A stretch of 64,000 nucleotides of DNA from NCBI GenBank assembly GCA_018902845.1, contig JAHIPV010000001.1, positions 12,124 to 76,123 on the forward strand, in the 5' to 3' direction. Below the pieces are notes generated by a model, which did not search any database, was not told where the DNA came from, and saw only the letters and a program-made list of their open reading frames with translations. The translations under genes and the position numbers were made by a program. This stretch comes from Patescibacteria group bacterium (GTDB lineage: Bacteria; Patescibacteriota; Microgenomatia; UBA12405). Positions 46,426-55,350 of the stretch are shown here, piece by piece. How positions within the stretch are numbered: position 1 is the stretch's first letter; the number at the start of each line of letters is the position of its first letter.

Positions 46426-47090
46426 AGCAAATTTCCACTCAAACCTCTTTGGCTCCTTATCTCTTCAGCATTTTTTGGCATTCCTGTTTCCATTTTTAAT
46501 TCACTTCCACTTTCCACCACTTCTCCGTCAATCGGTGTAAGCGAGCTTAAATAAAAATTATCTACAAAAAGTCCATGTGGTTGCAGTGATTCTCTCAGTT
46601 CTTCCTTGACTTCGTCTTCTATCTTGCTTCTACTGGTTGCCAAGGCATTATTTAGAGTGTAATTAGTTAGCACCTTTCTAATTCTGCTTCTTGTCACCGG
46701 TCTTACTACTTTAGACACAAAATTTTCACCAATATTTTGCCATATCTCAGGTAATCTCTCTGTATCTAGTTTAATCAAGACGGTTGCTTCTACGTTTACA
46801 AACTTATTGTCAGCAGTAACGGCATTAATTACCTCATCGCCCATAATTTCCTTATTGTCTTTCAAGCTCACGTCTTTAGAAATCGTATATTCAATCAGTT
46901 GAGCGTTAAACAGTTTGGCTCTGTGTATCAAGGGTATCTTAAAATGCATTCCCGGATACCACACATTTTTCAAAACTCCTCTAAAAATACTATAAATACA
47001 ACCAACATGTCCGGGAGGAACAGTTACCAAAAATCCGCCCACAACCTCGTCAACAAAAAGCGACACTAGTAAATTATCTATCGATGCCAT
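46422..47090 (-). CDS. SPFH/band-7 (prohibitin/HflKC-like) domain protein
   Basis: N-terminal hydrophobic anchor then a band-7 core (YTISKDVSLKDNKEIMGDEVINAVTADNKFVNVEATVLIKL...). Confidence 0.6.
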   Translation of the reverse strand: MASIDNLLVSLFVDEVVGGFLVTVPPGHVGCIYSIFRGVLKNVWYPGMHFKIPLIHRAKLFNAQLIEYTISKDVSLKDNKEIMGDEVINAVTADNKFVNVEATVLIKLDTERLPEIWQNIGENFVSKVVRPVTRSRIRKVLTNYTLNNALATSRSKIEDEVKEELRESLQPHGLFVDNFYLSSLTPIDGEVVESGSELKMETGMPKNAEEIRSQRGLSGNLL

Positions 47091-47114
47091 ATTTTTCTAA
47101 ATTATAACAAAATC

Positions 47115-47795
47115 TCAACAAACTTTCTTAAATCCTTCAATCATTTCTTTTAATTCTTTTTCCGGATCATCGGCGCAAACTATATCACTTGCCACCAAAA
47201 CTCCCTTAGCTCCCAATTTTAAGGCAATTTCGACATCTTTCTTGTTTTTTACACCAGCCCCAACTAAAACCGGTATCTTGCCACACATTTTAACCAATCT
47301 TTTTACCGCCTCAGGTTTTTCGCTGGATACGGATCTGTCTTTGCTGGCAATCAAATACGAGGGTTCATAGGCAATAAAATCCGGTTTTGTTTTTAATGCC
47401 CATTTTTCTGCTTGACCAATCGATCGTACACACAAAACAATTTCAAAACCCTTCCTCTTGTTTTTCAAAATTTTTTTTACTTTCCCGGGTGGAATTTTAT
47501 GCTCTGAATGATTCAAAAGGGTTCCGCTTGCTCCGGCCTTTTTCATTTGATTTGCCGAAATCCAACCAGTCCATCTACCGTCTTCGTATTCGTCTATGTT
47601 TTGACAATACAGTTTTAATCCGGTTTCCTTCTTGATTTTATAAATATCAACAGGGGAAACAGCCAAAACAACCTCAATCTTGCTTTCATCCATCACTTTC
47701 TTACAGATTTTTGCCAATTTTAAGGCCCCTTTCCCAAAAGTGTTTTTATAAAGTTTAAAATTTATAATTATCATATTTTTTGTCATTCCGACCAA
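47115..47795 (-). CDS. tpiA: Triosephosphate isomerase (short archaeal-type)
   Basis: IIINFKLYKN, LAVSP, LLNHSEHK (catalytic His), AYEPSYLI (catalytic Glu) and VLVGAGV phosphate loop. ~220 aa. True start probably the internal Met at ~47774. Confidence 0.75.
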   Translation of the reverse strand: MVGMTKNMIIINFKLYKNTFGKGALKLAKICKKVMDESKIEVVLAVSPVDIYKIKKETGLKLYCQNIDEYEDGRWTGWISANQMKKAGASGTLLNHSEHKIPPGKVKKILKNKRKGFEIVLCVRSIGQAEKWALKTKPDFIAYEPSYLIASKDRSVSSEKPEAVKRLVKMCGKIPVLVGAGVKNKKDVEIALKLGAKGVLVASDIVCADDPEKELKEMIEGFKKVC

Positions 47796-47879
47796 AGTGG
47801 AGGAATCTCTGAACTTGTTTCAGAAATCCTGCTACCGCAGAATACCTCAGACAAGCTGAGAGATCTCTCGGCTTTGCTC
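47770..47879. repeat. GC-rich palindromic element (family A), intergenic
   Basis: tttgtcattccgaccaaagtggaggaatctc...gagagatctctcggctttgctcgagatgacatt with inverted termini TGTCAT/ATGACA. Confidence 0.7.
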
Positions 47880-47890
47880 GAGATGACATT

Positions 47891-49492
47891 TTAATCATCT
47901 AATCGATACATTTCGATAACCCTGTTAATTCCGTTTTGTAAATCTGGCATTATTCCCTGAACAGAAGCATTACTAACTACTATTTTATTAACTGCATCTT
48001 TAAAATACTTATTCATTTGGTCATTTAAGCCATTGTCCCACGTATAAGAAGACAGATAACCGGATTCTGACCAATCAGCCACTGCCACAAAAGGAGCTAT
48101 TTTTTCATTTTCACTCATTGAAGACATCATACTTTTTCGCGGACTAATTTCGCCAAAACTTCTGATTTGAGTTGCTGTCAAAAACATTTTTTCCATCCCT
48201 TCTTTTGAGGCCAAAAAAGATAAAAATTCAAAAGCCTCTTTCTGTTTTAAGCTTTTTTTGTTTACTCCTTCCACCCAATAAGTTGCCCAATTTATTTTTG
48301 TCAAATTAGCTTCAATCTCCCCATCTTCAATTTGTTTGGGATCCAACCCTTCTAGTGTGGGCATTTGTGGAACAACGCCAATGCCAAAATTTAAATTAGG
48401 ATTAAGCATTTCAATATCAAAGACTCTCCACGATGGTGCAAAACAAAGGGCCAGTTTGCCATTAGCAAAATATACGATAGAAGGAGGCAAGGTTTCGTCC
48501 CATGTTTCATATTTTGTTCTAAAAAGAGTATAAAAAGTTAATATATCCTCTATTTTTTTTAAATTATCAGAACTCCCGTCTGTTAAGTTGACGCCATTTT
48601 GCATCATCATCAAACCCAGTATGTCACTCCAATGATCAATATTTTCCGCCAAACCCATTGCCACACCTGCTACTTTAATTTTGTTGTCTATTCCTCTGAC
48701 AGTTAAGTCTTTTGCTAAATCACTCAATCCCCACCAGGTTTTTGGTAATCTTTTTCCGGCTGAATCCAAAATATCCTTGTTATAAAAAAGAGAAAGCCCG
48801 TCATACATCAAAGGAATAGCCAGATAAGAGCCATCTACCTTCAAATCTTTTTTATAAACATCATAAAAATCTTCATCCAATTGCAAACTCGTACTAATTT
48901 CTTTTGGAACCCTTGCTAAATTTTCTTCAAGCATTGGTATCCAGCTGGAATGAATTCTAAAAATATCAGGAACATCAGTTCCTTCCTCTCCTTTTTCTAG
49001 CTTGGCCTGAAGTCGACTTCGATAATCATCCTTCTGATGTTTTCTATATTCTATTTTTATTCCGGGGTTTTTACTCTCAAAATCCATTATCAAACCTTCT
49101 ATAACAGTTGGTTCTTCCCACAAACCCCAATAATTCACTACCACCTTCTCACTATTCGCATCTTTCTTTCTCAATCTGGGTAAAATTACCTTAAAAATTA
49201 ACAAAAACAATAAAAATACAACTACAATTATTCCGATTATTTTTAATAAATTACCACTCACCTTTTTTGATTCAGTCGGTCTGGATACCAAGTTACCGGA
49301 AACATTATCTGTTGCGCTGTCTTTTTGGTCTACCCGTGATATTACCGGTTCTGCCCTCCCTTTAAATTCTCTTGCCGGCAATGGAGATTTAATATTGTCT
49401 AAGTTTGAATCTTCTTCACCCATATCTCTATCATACCTTAAATTTTCAAATATTCGCCATAAAATAACTTTTTTTTGATAATATAAAGTCAT
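47891..49492 (-). CDS. Extracellular solute-binding protein (ABC transporter SBP family 1-like)
   Basis: N-terminal TM/signal anchor, then VNYWGLWEE...IEYRKHQKDDYRSRLQAKL...DIFRIHSSWIPML typical of sugar-type SBPs. Confidence 0.6.
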   Translation of the reverse strand: MTLYYQKKVILWRIFENLRYDRDMGEEDSNLDNIKSPLPAREFKGRAEPVISRVDQKDSATDNVSGNLVSRPTESKKVSGNLLKIIGIIVVVFLLFLLIFKVILPRLRKKDANSEKVVVNYWGLWEEPTVIEGLIMDFESKNPGIKIEYRKHQKDDYRSRLQAKLEKGEEGTDVPDIFRIHSSWIPMLEENLARVPKEISTSLQLDEDFYDVYKKDLKVDGSYLAIPLMYDGLSLFYNKDILDSAGKRLPKTWWGLSDLAKDLTVRGIDNKIKVAGVAMGLAENIDHWSDILGLMMMQNGVNLTDGSSDNLKKIEDILTFYTLFRTKYETWDETLPPSIVYFANGKLALCFAPSWRVFDIEMLNPNLNFGIGVVPQMPTLEGLDPKQIEDGEIEANLTKINWATYWVEGVNKKSLKQKEAFEFLSFLASKEGMEKMFLTATQIRSFGEISPRKSMMSSMSENEKIAPFVAVADWSESGYLSSYTWDNGLNDQMNKYFKDAVNKIVVSNASVQGIMPDLQNGINRVIEMYRLDD

Positions 49493-49904
49493 GAAACTAT
49501 CTATCTACACCGACGGTGGAGCCAGAGGCAATCCGGGCCCTGCCGGTTGTGGTTTTGTTTGTATTGACGAAAACGGCCTTCAAATCCATCAGTATTCTGA
49601 ATTTTTAGGAACAAAAACAAACAACGAAGCCGAATATATTGGTCTTATAACCGCTCTTAAATGGTTAATAAACAACCAAACCATCCACAAAATTACAAAA
49701 ACCACAATATTTATGGACTCCCAATTGATTGTTCGTCAAATGCAGGGTAAGTACAAAGTTAAAGCTCCCAATCTCAAAATCTATTATCAACAAGCCATAA
49801 CTCTTCTGTCGAAAGTTGTATCACCGTTAAATTTTCAGGATATAACACGGGACAAAAATAACACAGCCGATGCCTTGGCCAACCAAGCCATGGATAGGGG
49901 TTAA
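49491..49904 (+). CDS. rnhA: Ribonuclease HI
   Basis: KLSIYTDGGARGNPGPAGCGFV, NNEAEY, IFMDSQLIV and NNTADALAN RNase H catalytic motifs (DEDD). Confidence 0.75.
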   Translation: MKLSIYTDGGARGNPGPAGCGFVCIDENGLQIHQYSEFLGTKTNNEAEYIGLITALKWLINNQTIHKITKTTIFMDSQLIVRQMQGKYKVKAPNLKIYYQQAITLLSKVVSPLNFQDITRDKNNTADALANQAMDRG

Positions 49905-49918
49905 GGCTTAATCTAATC

Positions 49919-51634
49919 ATGAAAAACAAATCACTTTTTTTAATTAGCATTTTACTTTCGCTTGCAATACTTTCTCCTCCGGTCTTTTTTTTTGGCAAAA
50001 TCTATTTTTCTCCCCAAACCCTACCCAAAACCTTTTTAGTAACCAGGGATTTTTCTAATTTAACCGTTCGGCAAGCCTCAGAAAAATTCGATTCCGAATT
50101 CAGACTGCCAAGTTCTCTTATCCTTTCTCACCTTCAAGCAGAAACGGAACTAAGACTATCTTCAATTTCTGCTTCTATCAACAAAAAAGAAACTCTAGAG
50201 CAATTATTTCCGCAAAGATTCCAGCCCTTATCTTCTTTTTTCAAAGACAAAAATCACTTACTAAAAATTAAATTTGATCAATCTTTGCTGGATACTTTTA
50301 TTTCCACATTTTCTGCCCAAATAGAAAAACCTTTTATTCCTACCGAAATCAGTTTAAATTCTTACTCAAAATTGGAAAGCAAAAAAGGAAGTCTGGGTTA
50401 TCAGCTAAACGAGGATGGGCTCAAGTCTAATGTCATTCACTATCTTTCATACTTCAAGCCAGACGCCCACATACCCGTTCCTGTTGAAAAAATCGGTTAT
50501 CTTCCTACTGATTTGCAAGTAGAGGATACTCTAAAAAAAGCTCAAAATTTAATCGGCAAGTCTTTGATTCTAAACAATACTGATTATTACATTGATGACA
50601 TAATAATTGATGACAAAACTTTAATTTCCTGGCTTGAATTCAACGGGTCGCTAAAAACCGAATTGCTAACCCTCTACATAGACGGAGTAAACCAAAGCAT
50701 AAAAAAAGACCCGGTCAATGCCATTTTTAGGTTTGAAGAGCAAGTGGTAAAGGAATTCAAACCAGCCAAAAACGGTTTTTTCATTGATCAAGGCAAGTTA
50801 CTCCAATTGATTGAAGAAAATTTTTCAAAAATTTCAAAAGAAAACGACAAAGATCCCGTAAAAATATTTATTCCCCTGCAGATAATCGAGCCGATCGTTC
50901 GAACTCAAGATGTCAATAATTTAGGCATAAAAGAACTTCTTGGCCGTGGTACCTCCACTTTTAACCATTCCAGTCAAATTAGAAACATGAACATAGAAAA
51001 AGGGTCTTCGGTTATCAGTGGTATCCTTGTTCCTTCGGGTGAAACTTTTTCTTTTGTAGAAAGCCTAGGAGAAGTTACTCTGGCCACCGGTTATCAAAAA
51101 GCTTATATAATTAGAGAAGGTAGAACTGAGCTTGATGTTGGAGGTGGAATTTGTCAGGTTTCCACTACTCTTTTTAGAGCCATGCTTGATGCCGGTATGG
51201 ACATTATCGAAAGACAACCTCATGCTTTCCGTGTTTCTTATTACGAAGAAGATTCTCTTCCGGGTTACGATGCAACTGTTTTTATCCCAAAGCCGGATCT
51301 AAGGTTTATAAACGATACCGCTAACCATGTTTTAATCCAAAGCACTTACGATGGTATCAACAAAAAACTAATTTACGAAATATATGGAACTAGTGATGGT
51401 CGCCAAGTAGAGATTGGTAATTACAAAAAATGGGGACACTCAGCCCCACCGCCGACAAAATATATAGACGATTCCACTCTTCCGCCGGGAGAATTAGTTA
51501 GGGAGGAATATGCTGTCGCTGGTCTAAAAACTGCTTTTGACTGGAAAGTTACACGAGGCGATCAGGTTATTCACCAAAAAACTTTTTCATCTTCCTATGT
51601 TCCTTGGCCCGCCGTCTTTAGACGTGGAATCTAA
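49919..51634 (+). CDS. VanW-family protein
   Basis: N-terminal TM plus C-terminal VanW domain (STFNHSSQIRNMNIEKGSSVISGILVPSGETFSF...DVGGGICQVSTTLFRAM). Confidence 0.7.
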   Translation: MKNKSLFLISILLSLAILSPPVFFFGKIYFSPQTLPKTFLVTRDFSNLTVRQASEKFDSEFRLPSSLILSHLQAETELRLSSISASINKKETLEQLFPQRFQPLSSFFKDKNHLLKIKFDQSLLDTFISTFSAQIEKPFIPTEISLNSYSKLESKKGSLGYQLNEDGLKSNVIHYLSYFKPDAHIPVPVEKIGYLPTDLQVEDTLKKAQNLIGKSLILNNTDYYIDDIIIDDKTLISWLEFNGSLKTELLTLYIDGVNQSIKKDPVNAIFRFEEQVVKEFKPAKNGFFIDQGKLLQLIEENFSKISKENDKDPVKIFIPLQIIEPIVRTQDVNNLGIKELLGRGTSTFNHSSQIRNMNIEKGSSVISGILVPSGETFSFVESLGEVTLATGYQKAYIIREGRTELDVGGGICQVSTTLFRAMLDAGMDIIERQPHAFRVSYYEEDSLPGYDATVFIPKPDLRFINDTANHVLIQSTYDGINKKLIYEIYGTSDGRQVEIGNYKKWGHSAPPPTKYIDDSTLPPGELVREEYAVAGLKTAFDWKVTRGDQVIHQKTFSSSYVPWPAVFRRGI

Positions 51635-51636
51635 AA

Positions 51637-52113
51637 TTAAAACGGTTTTATCACTTTTATTTTTCTTTCCAATCCTTCAAAATCTTTTATATTCAAACTA
51701 AAGAGATTTGAAATTCCATTATCATTTAATACAGCTACCAAATAAATATCAAAAACATCCCTTCTTTTGGCTTTCAAAAAAAAGTCATGATAAGTATTTA
51801 AACTGGAAGGAAATGGACAAATTATTTTTATATTGAAACCTTCTAAAATATCTTCAATCGCACTTATAACACTTTTTTTATTTTGTTTATACAAGCTTAT
51901 CAATACTTTTTCTGCTTCTACTACATTTTGCTGAGCAACTACTAGATGGGTTTTTTTCTCATCCATTTTTCTAAAAAACTCAATAGTTTTTCCATAAAAT
52001 GGTGATTTCTTATCCAAAAAATACACCAGAAAATGGGAATCAATTGCCCATTGTTTTTTCCAGTCTATTTTCATACAATTCAGATCTTTTTTTATAAATT
52101 TTACCAATGCCAA
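51637..52113 (-). CDS. PIN-domain toxin (VapC-like)
   Basis: AIDSHFLVYFLD N-terminal PIN motif and C-terminal LNIKDF. Start probably internal (MKIDWKK) to reduce overlap with the upstream antitoxin. Confidence 0.55.
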   Translation of the reverse strand: MALVKFIKKDLNCMKIDWKKQWAIDSHFLVYFLDKKSPFYGKTIEFFRKMDEKKTHLVVAQQNVVEAEKVLISLYKQNKKSVISAIEDILEGFNIKIICPFPSSLNTYHDFFLKAKRRDVFDIYLVAVLNDNGISNLFSLNIKDFEGLERKIKVIKPF

Positions 52114-52300
52114 TACTAAATTTACCTGCTACCAAAAAAGGATCTTGTAGCTTTTTTTTCTTTTTACTAACTTTTACTTTCTCTTGCAACACACCGCTTA
52201 GGTAACTACTAAAACTTTTTTTGTTGTAAGCAGCCAAAATTCTTGTTTGCATATAAATATCTTCTGGTATTGTTACTGTCGTTCTCATCAAATTACTCAT
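52040..52300 (-). CDS. Ribbon-helix-helix (CopG/VapB-like) antitoxin
   Basis: TTVTIPEDIYMQTRILAA RHH beta-strand/helix motif. Directly upstream of the PIN gene. Confidence 0.5.
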   Translation of the reverse strand: MSNLMRTTVTIPEDIYMQTRILAAYNKKSFSSYLSGVLQEKVKVSKKKKKLQDPFLVAGKFSIGIGKIYKKRSELYENRLEKTMGN

Positions 52301-52320
52301 ACTATATGATAATCATACTA

Positions 52321-53472
52321 TCATACTTTGTCAAGAACCAACTCCAATCTTGCCTCTCTTTCCAATTTATCAATATTTTTCACAAATTCACCTTTTTTGG
52401 CTTTACAATATCCTGCAATTCCAACCATGGCCGCATTATCGGTATTTAATTCTTTTTTAAACGGCATAAAAATCTGTAAATCATTTTTTCTTGCTAATTT
52501 TCTCAAATCCTTTCTTAATCTCAAATTCGCCATCACTCCACCCGCCCCCATCAAGCTTTTCGGCTTAGTCATATCAATAGCCCTTTGAAGTTTTATTAGC
52601 AAACAATCAAAAACCGCCCTCTGATAACTTGACGCCAAATCATAAATTTTTTCTGCCACTCTCTCTTCTTTCCACTTTCTGATTTTGTAATAAAAACTGG
52701 TTTTTAATCCGGAAAATGAAAAATTGCAATTTTTGAATTTGCTCATTGGTCTTGGTAAATCCAAAAAATTTTCATCTCCATCTTCAGCTAACTTTTCTAT
52801 TATTGGTCCTCCCGGATATCCTAACCCCAACATTTTTGCCGCCTTATCCAAAGCCTCTCCGGCCGCATCATCTAGCGTTTCTCCAATAATTTCATATTTT
52901 CCAATCCCTTTCATCAAAACAAGTTTTGTATGTCCGCCAGAAACTGTTAATACCAAGGAGGGGAATTTTATTTTTCTTTCTGGTTTTCCTCTACTGTTTT
53001 TCAAAAAATTAGACAAAATATGTCCTTCGACATGGTTAACGGCTACTATTTTTTTACCGTATTTTTTAGCTAATTCTTTTGCTACCTCAATTCCCACCCC
53101 CAAAGCAATAGCCAGCCCCGGTCCTTGTGTCACTGCCACCACATCAATTTTTTCCATTCTCTCGTCAATTATTTTTCTTATTTTTTCATTTGCTTGCCCG
53201 CCGTAGCCTTTGGCGAAGGAGGGTAAATTAGAATTTGTTTGTAATTTGAGATTTGGTGCTTGTGATTTACAGGATATGGCCAGTTTTAAGGCTTGTCCTA
53301 AAACTGGCCATATCCTGTCCCTGTGCGCTCTTTTGGCAATATCCGGCACCACTCCTCCCCATTTTTTGTACAAATCTACTTGTGATGAAATCACATTAGA
53401 CAAAATTCTGTCATTTTCCAAGACTGCCACACAAGTATCATCGCAACTGGTTTCAATGGCCAATATTCTCAT
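52321..53472 (-). CDS. tsaD: tRNA N6-adenosine threonylcarbamoyltransferase TsaD (Kae1/YgjD family), with an in-frame ~35-aa insertion
   Basis: MRILAIETSCDDTCVAVLE, VAVNHVEGH and GGVMAN motifs. Extra segment ...KLQTNSNLPSFAKGYGGQANEK... coincides with the repeat element at 53205-53340. Confidence 0.85.
   Translation of the reverse strand: MRILAIETSCDDTCVAVLENDRILSNVISSQVDLYKKWGGVVPDIAKRAHRDRIWPVLGQALKLAISCKSQAPNLKLQTNSNLPSFAKGYGGQANEKIRKIIDERMEKIDVVAVTQGPGLAIALGVGIEVAKELAKKYGKKIVAVNHVEGHILSNFLKNSRGKPERKIKFPSLVLTVSGGHTKLVLMKGIGKYEIIGETLDDAAGEALDKAAKMLGLGYPGGPIIEKLAEDGDENFLDLPRPMSKFKNCNFSFSGLKTSFYYKIRKWKEERVAEKIYDLASSYQRAVFDCLLIKLQRAIDMTKPKSLMGAGGVMANLRLRKDLRKLARKNDLQIFMPFKKELNTDNAAMVGIAGYCKAKKGEFVKNIDKLEREARLELVLDKV
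53205..53340. repeat. Family B element (GCGAAGGAGG + AT-rich tail + 20-bp inverted repeat) inside tsaD, in-frame
   Basis: gcctttggcgaaggagggtaaattagaatttgtttgtaatttgagatttgg followed by the perfect inverted repeat acaggatatggccagtttta / taaaactggccatatcctgt. Related copy at 54300-54400. Confidence 0.6.
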
Positions 53473-53509
53473 GTTGGAAATTATACTACTTATGGTTTAT
53501 TATTAATCT

Positions 53510-54082
53510 ATGCCTGTTCAAAAAAACAAACAATCTTTTTTCTTTCTTTTTCTAATTGCCCTTTTTTTTATTCTTTCTTCTATTTATGTCTATTCCTATC
53601 TTTCTTCAAAAATATCAAAAGAAATGGTTGTTGATAACAGTTCAAGTTTTTATATCCCAACTGTCACCAACATTCCGGAGCCATCCATCTTTCCGTCTAT
53701 TACGCCAGCCGGTATAACCGGACCATATCTAAAAACTTTTTATTCAGATATTGACAATTTTGAAATCACATATTTTTCTACTCGCCAATTATATGAAGAC
53801 AAAGATGGCACCTCTAACCGCTATGTTTTTGCCAAAACCGGAGGTACAAACTTTGTAGTTCATGTTGGTGAAAGTTGGTCATGGATTCATCCGGACAGGC
53901 AATTTACCAATGATTTAAAAATTGCCGGCTTTGACACTTTCAGATACGATACAACTTCTCAGACAATTTTTGATTTACAAAAAGACGATACAAAATATAC
54001 TCTTCAATGCATTCACAATGGTATTGAGTCTCTCAAATCCGAATGCCTCGATTTTGTCCAAAGCTTCAAGCTAACAAACTAA
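53510..54082 (+). CDS. Hypothetical membrane-anchored protein
   Basis: N-terminal TM (FFFLFLIALFFILSSIYVYSYL) and ~150-aa extracytoplasmic domain. No family recognised. Confidence 0.4.
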   Translation: MPVQKNKQSFFFLFLIALFFILSSIYVYSYLSSKISKEMVVDNSSSFYIPTVTNIPEPSIFPSITPAGITGPYLKTFYSDIDNFEITYFSTRQLYEDKDGTSNRYVFAKTGGTNFVVHVGESWSWIHPDRQFTNDLKIAGFDTFRYDTTSQTIFDLQKDDTKYTLQCIHNGIESLKSECLDFVQSFKLTN

Positions 54083-55301
54083 ACCCAATCTCTCTTTTTC
54101 TTTTTCCTTTATACTCAAACTCAACTTTCACAATTCTTGCTTTTTTCTTTAATTTTCTAAAATTTTTATCTCCCATATTCTCCGGCCATTCAACACAGGC
54201 AATCACGCCGGTTTTAAATAAATCCAAAAATCCAATCTCATCAAACTCAAATTCCTTACTTAATCTATACAAATCCATATGCAAAAATCTTTTATAGTTT
54301 TGCTTGTCCTCCATAGCTTTAGCGAAGGAGGAAATTTTAATATTTGAATTTTGAAGTTGTTTTGAATTTGAGATTTTAGATTTTAGATTTAATTTGTATT
54401 CATTACAAATAGTAAAAGTAGGGGACACAATCCTTTTTTTTATCCCCAAAATTTTTCCAATCGCTCTGCTAAAAACTGTTTTTCCTGCTCCTAGCTCTCC
54501 ACTCAAACAAAACACAACCAGCCGACTGTCATTCCGACCGAATCCGCCAGCTGGCAAAAAAGGATCACCCTGAGCCCCCCCAGCGTCATCCTGAGCGTAG
54601 CGAAGGATCCCCCCGGACAACATCTTCTTAAAAATAAACCTCGCAATTCTCCCTGTTTCTTTTTCTGAATTCGATATAAATTTTTTGGCCGAGCCAATTA
54701 CCATGTCTCCTTTTCTCAAAACTTTCACTTCCGCTTCGGTTGCATCAATCACCGTTGACGGTTTATTCCTTGGTAATCTTCCTGCATCCGCTACTAGATC
54801 AACCATATTTTTTTTCTTTTTTGACAAAATATTCAAAAACGATTTAACCGAATAATGCGGTGATCTCCCCGAAAGATTAGCCGATGTTGCCGTAATTGGT
54901 TTTTTTAAAATATTTACTAAATCCAAAATATATTTACTCTCGGGGATTCTTATTCCCAAAGTCCCATCTTCCGCCTCTATTCCCTTTGCAACTTTTCGTT
55001 TTCCTTTATTCACCACCGTAAAAGGCCCGGGTAATAAATTCTTATAAATTCTTTTAGCCATTTCTGATAAATCCACATATTCTTCGGCCATTTTTTGGCT
55101 AGTTACTGCTATCGAAATTGCCTTTCCTGTCCATCTATTCTTAAAAGCCAGTAATTTATCTACGGCTTTTTGGTTACAAGCATCCACGGCCAAAATATAA
55201 ACAGTATCCGAAGGAAACAGCACCAATCCTCCGTTTTTTATCACTCTAATCGTTTCTTTCAAAACACTTTTATGGTTTTTTGCTATATCCAAAATTTTCA
55301 C
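54066..55301 (-). CDS. Fused L-threonylcarbamoyladenylate synthase (TsaC/YrdC domain) - TsaE (YjeE P-loop ATPase) protein, with two in-frame repeat insertions
   Basis: N-terminal YrdC domain (NGGLVLFPSDTVYILAVDACNQKAVDKL...GIRIP...ATSANLSG). C-terminal TsaE domain (LSGELGAGKTVFSRAIGK...SPTFTI). The linker ...RYAQDDAGGAQGDPFLPAGGFGRNDSRL... is encoded by element 54536-54618, and ...NSNIKISSFAKAMEDKQ... by the AT-tailed element 54300-54400. Confidence 0.7.
   Translation of the reverse strand: MKILDIAKNHKSVLKETIRVIKNGGLVLFPSDTVYILAVDACNQKAVDKLLAFKNRWTGKAISIAVTSQKMAEEYVDLSEMAKRIYKNLLPGPFTVVNKGKRKVAKGIEAEDGTLGIRIPESKYILDLVNILKKPITATSANLSGRSPHYSVKSFLNILSKKKKNMVDLVADAGRLPRNKPSTVIDATEAEVKVLRKGDMVIGSAKKFISNSEKETGRIARFIFKKMLSGGILRYAQDDAGGAQGDPFLPAGGFGRNDSRLVVFCLSGELGAGKTVFSRAIGKILGIKKRIVSPTFTICNEYKLNLKSKISNSKQLQNSNIKISSFAKAMEDKQNYKRFLHMDLYRLSKEFEFDEIGFLDLFKTGVIACVEWPENMGDKNFRKLKKKARIVKVEFEYKGKRKREIGFSLLA
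54300..54400. repeat. Family B element (GCGAAGGAGG + tandem gattttagattt tail) inside tsaC-tsaE, in-frame
   Basis: gctttagcgaaggaggaaattttaatatttgaattttgaagttgttttgaatttgagattttagattttagattt. Compare 53205-53260 and the 16S V2 expansion 33395-33470. Confidence 0.6.
54536..54618. repeat. GC-rich palindromic element (family A) inside tsaC-tsaE, in-frame
   Basis: ctgtcattccgaccgaatccgccagctggc...caccctgagcccccccagcgtcatcctgagcgtagcgaaggatccccccgg. Confidence 0.75.
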
Positions 55302-55325
55302 AAAAGAATTTTACCATTTATCCCC

Positions 55326-55334
55326 GCTTTTCCA
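55326..55334 (+). promoter_or_regulatory. Extended -10 promoter element (TGcTAAAAT) for valS, implying a very short or leaderless 5' UTR
   Basis: catgctaaaat lies 17 nt upstream of the valS ATG. No Shine-Dalgarno sequence. Confidence 0.35.
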
Positions 55335-55350
55335 TGCTAAAATAAAGGCT

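Noticed and set aside
52724-53506. Plus-strand ORFs of 160 and 98 aa
   Set aside because: Antisense to tsaD, which has strong family motifs. The second overlaps the repeat element.
54340-54400. Tandem gattttagattt units, also at 33395-33470; considered as a possible CRISPR or microsatellite array
   Set aside because: Units are 6-13 bp simple-sequence repeats with no constant repeat and unique spacer periodicity. They are embedded in-frame in a CDS and in an rRNA expansion segment, so they are not a CRISPR array.
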